Of a DNA stretch of 64,000 nucleotides, positions 53,627 to 64,000 are shown in pieces; position 1 is the first letter of the stretch; every line of letters begins with the position of its first letter. Made by a program: the position numbers and the translations under genes. The DNA lies in contig NW_027266286.1 of the NCBI RefSeq assembly GCF_022045235.1, positions 17,422,001-17,486,000 of the forward strand. Reading direction: 5' to 3'. The notes beneath the pieces are model-generated. The model did not search any database. It was not told the DNA's origin and saw nothing but the letters and a program-made list of their open reading frames with translations. The DNA is from Haliotis cracherodii (lineage: Eukaryota).

Positions 53627-55536
53627 TTAGTTTTAATTAAATATATATCGGAAAAAATATTTGGTCTCAACAGAAAACCCCAAGTCTCCACCCATCCTCC
53701 CCAACCCCAAGAATATGACATCGAAATATCAACAAAAACACCACAGCTCGGTTATGTCGAATTTACATGCCGATTTTACGGTTGTATCGAAGAGACTGTC
53801 CAGTGTTTGTTGTGCATATTTCTATTACTGTGCTAGTTTCATCGTTATTGACCTCTTTCTTGGTAGATTGGGGGTTATTATCAAAGGTCTTAGATGAGGA
53901 TTTTGCTTACATATACCTCAAATTGCAGGAAGTTGTATGTTATTCTGTGATAGCCAACTGTCGATTGTATATACCTATACACCACTATGAACATGGACAC
54001 TTCAGTTGAAACTTGACTTTATTGTTACGGAAAGGGGCGAAGTGCGCCGATTGACCTATATGCGTATTTTGCCATGTTCTCCTGTCAGGATCGCGTGACA
54101 ACATCAGTCAAATAATCGTCCCCTATAGAGCAATAGCAGGATGGGCAGATGGACTCGTTGTCATAACCTGTTAACGCCCATCGACAGTTTGAAGGGTCAA
54201 ATGGCCAGTGTTCTATAAAGTCGTATAATCAGAGGCTGGCACGTTACTTAGCGTGTGTTGTTAATACACCTGATGGGAACTTTTGTACGAGCTCTGGCCG
54301 TCACAGCGGTGGTTGGGGAGAGAGGAACTAGCGCCAGCATTGTTTGCCCGACCCCCTAAGGATTTCACAAACTAGCGCCATCAAGTCCTGTCAGATCTTA
54401 GTATTGATCAGGGCGTCCATCTCTCCCATACGTTAGTTAGGGGCGACTTGTTTCACAGGATAACATTGGTAACAGTAGGACTTGTTGGTGAACTCGAAGC
54501 CTTGTCGAGATATTTAAGCCATGGTAGATCCGTTTGAATGAAATGCTATGCTCATTTACGGAATTACATAGGTCGACGCTCATGATGTCAATCGCTGGAG
54601 ATTCTGGTCCTGACTCCATTATTTACAGACCGCGGTCAAACAGATGAAATATTGTTGAGTGCAGCATTATAGAACAAACAAACAAACAAACAAACAAACA
54701 AACAAACTGTCATGTGAGGAAGAGGTCCGTGACAAGAACGACAAACGTTGCAATACACCAATGATCTGTCCGAGATAAGCCGCGGCACATCTGTTTTCGT
54801 TCACGCTTTTCATGGTCGTACTGTTAGTGCCTCTCGCGTTCGTCAACAATATTCTCTGGCTTTTTTAACTTATCGGCACCTCACCACGCCGTCAGTAAAA
54901 GTAATATAGTCGAGAGTATAAGAGTTAATGTGATTGGTTCATAAATCGGATTACACCAAATCACATCACCGTTTACAACTGCAATAGGAGTGTCTTTTTT
55001 CTGTGTACTACGCTCTTCGGATTAGCGCACATTTAGACAAAACCTGGTAACCGTGATTACATAGCCCAGTGTAAATAGCGATTAGAGAGATTCGTTCAGA
55101 TCATTCTTCGTATCGAATCGCGTGTTCGAATTTTAAAGTTTAAAAAGGTTACTAGACAGGCGGTATAGGGGGTTTGAAAGATTACTCTCCTCTCCCCATA
55201 CCGCTCCACACTCCACACCAAAGAAAACTACAGGTTACGGGATAACGGTAGGCAGCTATTTCTAACGCTGTTCCCCGCTCCGTATAGACAGCATACTGAC
55301 TTCGAGTTGACTTATCCCCTTGTCGCCGTGCGCCCTGATGGGTAACAACAAGTACCATCTTTTAACGTATTTTGATATGACGCCGTCGGCGATCGAACCA
55401 CCGACTCCAGGCAGACGCTCTATTATCCAGACCACGGAGTCGGTCCAGATTCCTAATAGTATACATAACACAAGTAGTCCACTCAGCTCTCTAAACATGG
55501 AATGGTTTGGCCTTCGTAGGAATGTGTCCGTCCACA

Positions 55537-55698
55537 TACAGTAAACTACGGTTATAACGAACACGCTTATAACGAACTTACTTTTTGGTCCCGACTACTT
55601 GCTGTAGTCATGCTGTATATATACTTATAACGAACTACGGTTATAACGAACTAAAATTAGTAGTCCCTTTGAGTTCGTTATAGCCGTAGTTTACTGTA
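55537..55698. mobile_element. pogo/Tigger-type MITE
   Basis: TA-cagtaaactacggttataacgaac / gttcgttatagccgtagtttactg-TA; empty site in the paralogous copy at ~57015. Confidence 0.88.
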
Positions 55699-56101
55699 CT
55701 GAGTTTTTACACTCTAACAACGCCAGAGATTGTTAATTGCCCAGGCTCCTGTGTGGTATGGATCTGTAATTGGTGGCTAAACAGTATTACTTCTTCGTGT
55801 CATCAATCATTCAGCGCACTCTCCTTTCATATGTAAACGCTACCTGTCAAAGGATCAGCATCACAAACTGGGATGAATTAGCAGGCCTACAGGGTGTTTG
55901 AACTCGGAGGGACGTCAGTGACATCGGATCTATGGGAAACTCCACCAATGTGATAATAAAACCACAAGGGGTGCCAGTTTGCCTGAGCCTTGTCCCCCTT
56001 TAATGGTTTGTTGTTTAACGTCGCACTCAGCAATAAAAGAGCTATGAGACGACGGTCTGTAAATAATCCCGTCTGGACCAGACAATCCATTTATTCCTAA
56101 G

Positions 56102-56451
56102 GACCGCCTCCGTGGTCTAGTGGTAGAGCGTCCGCCCGGAGAGCGGAAGGTCCGGGGTTCGATACCCGGCCGCGTCATACCAAAAGACATTAAAAGATGG
56201 TACTTGTTGTTACCCTGTATGGTGCTCGGCATTAAGGGGCTAAAACAAGGACTGGTCGGCTCCGAGTCAGTATACTGTGGGGTATTCATGTTAAACTGCG
56301 GCATTGTATCTCAGTATGCTAGCACTATACATCGGGATCAGTCCGGACTAGTACAAGCAGCAACACAAACACACACACACGTACATGCACGTCGCTATAT
56401 AAGTGCAATAATCTTGGACGCGACGTTAAACCCCATTTCACCTCACCTCAC
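56102..56451 (+). mobile_element. SINE family A inserted in a family B copy
   Basis: Family B sequence lies on both sides (56005-56090 and 56470-56600). Further A fragments at ~1175-1355, 42770-42997, 55290-55445. Confidence 0.88.
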
Positions 56452-56744
56452 CACTGATTCATAATATGGCCATTGATCCACGCAACTGGAGTCCAAATGG
56501 TGACATGCATCAACCAATTCACCGTGCCTGACCACTTGATTCATTTAGTCGCATCTTAGGACAAACTTAGGTTGCTGGGAACATTTTATTCTTCCCCGGG
56601 ATCCCCATGGGAATTCCCTTTAATGAAATAAGTTGTAACATTATTGAGACACCTGGGAGTAGAAGAAAGTTGAATTTATGTTGGTTGTTGTGCAACACTT
56701 GTGGGTTCTACGGTAAACCGTATGTGAGTGCGTGTTTGTCCGTG

Positions 56745-56746
56745 GG

Positions 56747-56798
<52 letters not shown>

Positions 56799-56820
56799 TG
56801 TGTGTGTGTTTGTGTGTTTG
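56745..56820. repeat. (GTGC)n/(GT)n microsatellite
   Basis: Direct. Confidence 0.95.
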
Positions 56821-57432
56821 CTTCCAACATACATCATAAGGGAAGCAGGGTTTCCTGTCCATCAGGGTTCCGTTATATGGTTAACGTGAAAGTTTCTTCA
56901 TGCCATCAATATCTTCTTTAAACTGAACCCGGCAGAGTCCGCACAGCTCTCTAAACATGGAAGGGTTTGGCCTTCTTAGGATACACATCTTGGTGCAGGA
57001 TACATGTCTTTCCACTTACTGAGTATTTACACGTCTACAACGCCAGAGATTGTTAATTACCCAGGCTCCTGTGTGGTATGGATCTGTAATTGGTGGCTAA
57101 ACAATTACATCTTCGTGTCATCCATTATTCAGCGGACTGTCCTTTCATGTGTAAACGCTACCTGTCAAAGGATCAGCTTCCTATACTGAGATGAATTAGC
57201 AGGCCTACAGGGCGTTTGAACTCGGAGGGACGTCAGTGACATCGGATCTATCGGAAACACCACCAATGTGATAATACAACCACCACTACACACACTATCG
57301 GCAATGACCATTCATCCTCCCCAACAAATCTAATAATAATCCTCAATCGGTGCTCGTGAACTTGATACGATTGCCCTGATCGAGTATCATTTAGTAATTC
57401 TGCTCCGTGGTTGGTTATCTCTACTTGTACTG

Positions 57433-57700
57433 GACCCGTGAAGATCCGGGGTAGAATAGGCCTTCAGCAACCCATGCTTGCTGTGAAAGGCGACTATGAT
57501 TGCCGTAAGAGGCGACTAACGGGATCGGGTGGTGAGACTCGCTGACATGGTTGATGCATGTCATCGATCCCAATTGCGTGGATCGATGCTCGTGATACTA
57601 ATCACATGATTGTCTGGTCCAGACTCGATAATTAACATATCGCCGTCATATAGCTGCAATATTGCTTAGTGGGGGGTTAAACATCAAACCAACCAACCAA
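57433..57700 (+). mobile_element. Family B, full length
   Basis: TSD-like cttg(g)tactg. Further partial copies at ~8548-8680, 13180-13285, 23230-23350, 32550-32738, 54560-54705, 58935-59162, 62055-62280. Confidence 0.87.
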
Positions 57701-57919
57701 CTTGGTACTGCTTCTACTTTGTGCCAGTATTGAGTCCTGTTCTATACAGTCGGTAATGATCAATGGCAGTAAGTGTTGGGAATTGACGGTATACATGGCT
57801 CTGTGATCGATACTGAACCTTGGTGTCACGGACAGATTGATTCATAGCGCCACATCCACTGGCCATATAAACAGAAGACCTGGTGGAGTAGTATCAGGGA
57901 TAAGACAGCGTGAACGGGT

Positions 57920-58190
57920 GGTGGTGGATTGTGGATTGTGGGTGGTCAGTGGTGGATTGTGGGTGGTCGGTGGTGGATTGTGGGTGGTCAGCGGTGGATT
58001 GTGGGTGGTCGGTGGTGGATTGTGGGTGGTCGGTGGTGGATTGTGGGTGGTCAGTGGTAGATTGTGGGTGGTCGGTGGTGGACTGTGGGTGGTCGGTGGT
58101 GGATTGTGGGTGGTCGGTGGTGGATTGTGGGTGGTCGGAGGGGGGTCGGTGGTGGATTGTGGGTGGTCGGTGGTGGATTGTGGATGGTCG
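57920..58190. repeat. 21-bp G-rich minisatellite
   Basis: ggtggtggattgtgggtggtc. Confidence 0.95.
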
Positions 58191-61100
58191 GATGTGGTGT
58201 TTTGTGGCTGGTTGGTGGTGATGCTGGCTGGTGACTGTGGGTGGGTGGATGTGTCGGGGTGGTTAAGGGGTAGTCACGCAGGGGTAGTTGTGATTTGTTT
58301 GTTGTTTAAGGCCGCATATATTCCGCGATATTCCAGCTATACGACGGCGGCCTGTACATAATTGAGTATGGCCTAGACAAACCAATGAGCGACATTATGA
58401 GCAAATCTTGGACTGGCTTAATTCCTAATAAATTTATCATCGAATCGAATAGAACGTTTTGCATCCATCCTCCATCTTGTTATTAATATTGTATTGTGTA
58501 TATATGTATATACTCATTTACCGCCGTTGGTGGTTTGAAGAACAAACTTGACTGACATTATGAGCAAATCCCGCGCCGTCGGGGTAGGTTGAACAACAAT
58601 ATCCGATCCCCTTACGACGAGCACACTTCGATGGAATCACTATGGATGGGTAGATGTGGTGGGTTTACTGGTGGGCGGTTGGCGAAGATAGCGAGAAGGG
58701 GTGGTTATGGTCGGTTATAAGTCTGGACGTGACGTGTGGTTCGACGGGGCAGCACCACCAGTTAGCTAGACTGTTGGTCGACACCACAACCTCGATTACG
58801 TCAGCTTCAGGTTCCTACATCCACCACAAGGTGGTCACCAGGCTGCATGTACTCAACTCTGTCTCGACGCTACCTGACGAAGCCTAAAATGGTTTCCCGC
58901 AGGGGTGGGGCAGGAGATGGCGTGTGTTCATGTCGCGAAGATCCGGGGTAGAATAGGTCTTCAGCAACCCTAGCATGCCATGAAAGACGACTGCTTGTCG
59001 CAAGAGGTGACTAACGGGATCGGATGGTCAGGCTCGCTTACTTGTTCTAAGAATGTCATCGTATCCCAATTGCGTGATTGTCTGGTCAGAGACTCTATTA
59101 TTTACAGACCGCAGCCATGTAGCTGGACTATTGCTGAGTGCGGCGTTAAACAACAAACAAACATGTCACGAGTACCGACGGTGACGAGTGCATGGAGATG
59201 TCACCTGCTCCGCTGTGAACAGGCGGTGACAGACACAGGTGCACGAACACCATCACCACGACGTGCTAAGCCGCCACTGCTCACGAGGATAATGACAAGG
59301 ATTAGATCAGAGACGGTGCGTTAAAGTCCTTTCGGAGTAGATTGACGGCTTGGGATGAAGCGTGTGGAAAGTAAATCTGTGATTGTGAGAAGTGGAGTCG
59401 AAAGAAGGGATATAGGGAAATAGGTAATAGGTAATAGGTAAATAAAGGCACAGGCAAAGAAGAAAACTTGGGAAATAAGATAGTAAGTAGGGAGAGAGTG
59501 GGGAATTGGATTTTGGAATGGTAATTTTGGAATCGGAAATAGGAAATGGGGTCGGACGTCGGGAGCAGGGAGCGTCGAGAGTCGGAAGTCGGTAGCCGGG
59601 AGCGTCGGTAGCCGGGAGCGTCGGGAGTCGGAGGTAGGGAGTCGGCAGCGTCGGGAGTCGGAGGTAGGGAGTCGGTAGTCGGTAGTCGGCAGCGTCGGGA
59701 GTCGGGCGAACAAGCTAGCGCCATGATGACAAACATTGATATCCAGGGATGATGGAACATCTCCATTTGGAACATACCTCTGTACAATACACATCCGAGA
59801 TGGGAGTGAGCACGGAGTAAATGACGTAGAAGACTTGATTGTCTATATTGAGCGGACACTGGCGAGATGGATGACATCGATACGTACACAAATTGGCCAC
59901 CATAGATGCTCGTGGCCAGGCAGAGAGTCGTCCTTTGACCGTCATGACGTCCGTATCAGTCTGTGACAGGACCATCATTTGACGGACCGTCGGATTAATC
60001 CTAAGTCGGCTTCCGCGATGAATCCATCGATTCTAACCTAAGCCGTACCCTGTCATCAGCGGAGGAACGAAATCAATAACAATCTACTGAGTGATTGTCG
60101 TTCATGTTACCAGAAACAAAAGAATGTAATTCTATGTTATTTATATTCCAAGGATCATGTTGCGGAAACTGGGATGGACATGTAGTGAAAACAGTTCAGG
60201 CAGTGAATGGAATCGAATTTTGAATTGTTTAATGCACAGAGTAAACATTTTTGGAAAGTGATCTATGTTTTAAAAATACCATCCAATACAGCAAAACGTA
60301 TATATCTTAAATGTAAACCTCAAATGTAAACGCAGTATACCAAGTATGCGAGTTAGGTTTTACGCCGTTTTTAGCAATATTCCAGCAATATCACGGCGGG
60401 GAACATAAGAAAGGGGCTTCACACATTGTACCCATGTTGGGAATCGAACTCGGGCCTTCGGCACGAAAAACGAACGCTTTAACCATGCGACCCTGTATAT
60501 TAGGAGATAAGTCTCTGTCGACCAATCAGATTAATAGCCTGGCAGCTATTCCAGACGGAATATTACAGGACACAACAGTCCGTCCCTCTGCTCTAGCTGC
60601 CGCTGCCGCCAGGGCTCGTTCGGGTCTTCCACTGGTGCGTCGAAGCAGGTTCACGACAGTCGTCTTACTTCAATATTCACGATAATTCAGATCGCTATTC
60701 AGATAAAAAAACAAAAAAAGCATAACCGAAAATGTCGTTTTTACAGTCTGCAGTGGTGTACATGACGTGCGTACACAGTAATACAGTTTATTGATTGTAC
60801 CGACTTCTTATCACATACATATTTAATTGACCGTCTCTTGTGACAAGTGTGTCATGTCTTGTGTAGCGTTTATTGATAATTCGTGTCATGTTTCCCATCA
60901 CTGTGGCCCCCCTCCCTCCCCCACCACCACCACCACCCGACGCCCCGCCTCCTCCTCCTCCTCCCCCCGTATCCCTTTGTTGGAAATGTCATGGCACAGA
61001 ACAACATATTGATCCGACAGTGCGTCACGGAGCTGGCACATATCTACAACGAATGTAAATATCTAATTTCTTAAAGCGAAATAAATAAAACATATTAGAC

Positions 61101-62661
61101 AGCCATGTTTATAAAGTAGGTCCTGTTCTCGGCAGAATGAAAATAAAGCAAGGCCTATGGGTTACATTTGCACTCAGCCATTTCTCACGATCTATGGACG
61201 TCATGTAAGAGTCCGTATTATACCCCATCGTTCTCCAACCACTCACTAGCCTGAACTCACGTGTACGTTAGGTAATGAGTTTGGTACATCTGTGTCTATA
61301 TTCAATAGCCGTAGGACCCGTCACAACATGCCTTGTGTGCCCCTATACACTACAATGGAATAGTAAAATGTAACAAAACACTGACACGCCGCTTCTTAAC
61401 GAAATTTATGTATTAGATGCCTTCAAAAACTCGTCTGTGGCACACACTGCTCTATCAAGATACCCTCTTACTGACCGGTACACACTTGTGTGTGTGGATA
61501 GGATATACTCAAGGGTGAGGGATAACAGTAGATATATGTTCATGTCAACTACCAAAATATATACCTGTTGAAACAGGCGTCCACACACACTCCAAACATG
61601 TACAGTTCTTCAATATAACATCTCGATAAATATCGCGAAACGCTGATCTCTTACTGACTCGTACAAAGATCGAAAAAAATCAATTCATTTGTGTAACGTG
61701 TGTTCAAAATTAGAACTGAAGAATTCCGTGTGTGTCAGTCCGTGTGTTTGATCAGACTCGGCGTGTTTACCCTGCAGAGTACGTGATAGGTGTAGACGCG
61801 TGATGTACACGCCATCAGCTGTTAGATCATGGGTTTAACGCAAGTTGTTTGGTGATTCCTGATAGAACACAGCGTTCGCAATAGGTTGGAGAAGACTCGG
61901 GTTTCGCATACGTTAGGTAGCATAAGCATTGTATGGAATTTGTCTCGCACAGTGACCCTTGCCTCAATTAGAAACCCGTAAGGAAAAGTAGACAGAGTTG
62001 TCTCCCCGAACAACTATCCACTTCCGGCGCGTTCATTCGAAACTTTCTTTACTTGTTTGTAAGTTTGCCTCACTCAGCAATATTCCTGTTCGATGACGGC
62101 GGACTGTAAATAATCGAGTCTGGATCAGAAAAACCAGTGACTGACATCATGAGCATCGATCCAAGCATTTGGGATACGATGACAAGCATCAACAAAGTCA
62201 GCGACCTTGACCACCCGATCCCGTTAGTCGCCTCTTACGACAAGGATGGGTTGCTAAAGACATATTCTACCCCAGATCTGCGCAGATCGAAACATGTCGG
62301 GTGATGTAGTAAATGCGTGGCTGTCTGAATCAAATGCCTACTTTAATTGCCTATTTACATTGTTTTAAAAAAGCTACCCATTTACCAAATAATCAACCTC
62401 ACATTTGAACGAAACATGTACAATGTACCTAATACTGGCTTATACACCATTGGTGTTTTCATTCACATTCAGGAATGTGATCTTTGTTACCGGTATATGG
62501 TCTCATCTGTTACAGATAATATCTTTTCTGACAGTGCTTCTTACAGAACATTTTTTGACATGCTATTTGGTGAAACTTCATTTTTGATGCAAACTTCGAG
62601 GCCATTTAACTGTTCTCAGGGAATTATCTGGAACAAATTATTAAAAACAATAAACAGATCC

Positions 62662-62829
62662 CAGGCCCCACTCCAGATTAAGAAACAGTCGGCCTTTTTT
62701 CGTCGAGAAAGGACTTGCCTGTAGTAAGTTTACGTTTCTTTGTACAGGCCCCACTCCAGATTAAGAAACAGTCGGCCTGTTTTCGTCGAGAAAGGACTTG
62801 CCTGTAGTTAGTTTACGTTTCTTTGTACA
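62662..62829. repeat. 83-bp tandem duplication
   Basis: caggccccactccagattaag... at 62662 and 62745. Confidence 0.9.
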
Positions 62830-63282
62830 AAATGAAAAGTATAACATCAATGACCGATTAACCAGCTTGACATATGCCAAACAAAACAAATCTAATCAGA
62901 CACACCACCACAATGGCACCAACGACGTCAGACCTGTTTTTAAGCTGATGTCTACGAATCATGCTCTCAAGGAGATTGATTACATACTTTCATGACACAT
63001 GATGTGAGGATCAAATTGTATGATCGAAAAGGTATTTTTTGAACTACAAAGCTAACTCTTGTATCCAGAGAGACCCAGTTACAGATTGAGAGACGTCGTG
63101 TATCGTAAATTGTGATGTTGGTCTAGACAGTGGAAATGTCAGGAACCTTGAAACGTAAAGAATGGACTCTCTTGGGAATGGCAGATGAATGGTGTTATTG
63201 TCTTTGCTGAAGAACTGACTCCGTGGATGATGACAGATCAGAGGGGACATCCCCCACGGAGACATCGCTACAATTGGGGTGG

Positions 63283-63313
<31 letters not shown>

Positions 63314-63324
63314 TGTGTCAGTCA

Positions 63325-63882
63325 ACGTGTCCCGTGAATACTGATCTGATGACAGATCTGTGGGGTGAGAGGAGGCATTTCTTTAATTGGGAGGGGTCAG
63401 TCAGCGTGTCCCCTGAACATTGCTGTGATGTTAGATCTGTGGGGTGGGAGGGGACATCAACCCAACAGGGAGGGGTCACCTAGCATGTCCCCTGAACAGT
63501 GTTCTGATATCAGATCTGTGGGGTGGGGGGAGACGTCGACCCAACAGGGAGGGGTCACCTGGCATGTCCCCTGAACAGTGTTCTGATATCAGATCTGTGG
63601 GGTGGGGGGAGACATCAATCCAACAGGGAGGGATCACCTAGCATGTCCCCTGAACAGTGTTCTGATATCAGATCTGTGGGGTGGGGGGGAGACAACCCAA
63701 CAGGGAGGGATCATCTAGCATGTCCCCTGAACAGTGTTCTGATATCAGATCTGTGGGGTGGGGGGGAGACATCAACCCAACAGGGAGGGATCACCTAGCA
63801 TGTCCCCTGAACAGTGTTCTGATATCAGATCTGTGGATTGGGGGGAGACATCAACCCAACAGGGCCAGTCAGCATGTCCCCT
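63325..63882. repeat. 79-bp minisatellite, ~7 copies
   Basis: atgtcccctgaacagtgttctgatatcagatctgtggggtggggggagacatcaacccaacagggagggatcacctagc. Confidence 0.93.
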
Positions 63883-64000
63883 AGATATGGCGGGTGACAG
63901 ATATTTGTAATTATGACAAACATACTAATAAACTGGTATGTTTATGTAACATATGTTTTTGGTGTATGTTTCACAGTCGGGTTCGGCTTAATATCCGGAC

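Larger units (their letters stand above)
55484..57283 (+). repeat. Local direct duplication (55484-55965 vs 56944-57283)
   Basis: Shared ~330-bp sequence; the first copy carries the MITE. Confidence 0.88.

Noticed and set aside
58640-59980. ORFs 58654-58887, 59302-59889 and 59736-59966
   Set aside because: No recognisable domain; largely low-complexity gtcgg/taaat repeats.

Overview
Eukaryotic, repeat-dense, AT-rich animal DNA. The SINE/LINE complement suggests a mollusc, probably a gastropod such as abalone; this is inference only. One protein-coding gene is well supported: a minus-strand secreted prohormone whose four coding exons (26329-26215, 19517-18951, 18025-17427, 16006-15989) splice in frame to 432 aa. 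It has a signal peptide, long acidic/Tyr-rich spacers, many basic cleavage sites and a KR-DQEAILFGNQQN motif resembling the insect NVP-like/prohormone-2 precursor. The rest is mostly mobile DNA: four short retroposon families (A-D) with related 3' tails, decayed LINEs (one I/Nimb-like), a Tc1 fossil, several MITEs, two long palindromes, about a dozen minisatellites and a 139-N gap. The most novel-looking signals are (i) family B, a tRNA-less retroposon whose precise 5' end can fold into a compact pseudoknot (candidate ribozyme or cis-acting RNA), (ii) family D, whose head resembles an intron-containing tRNA-Leu, and (iii) a composite segment apparently copied between SINE loci 25 kb apart. Repeat boundaries were read by eye and are approximate unless a TSD is quoted.
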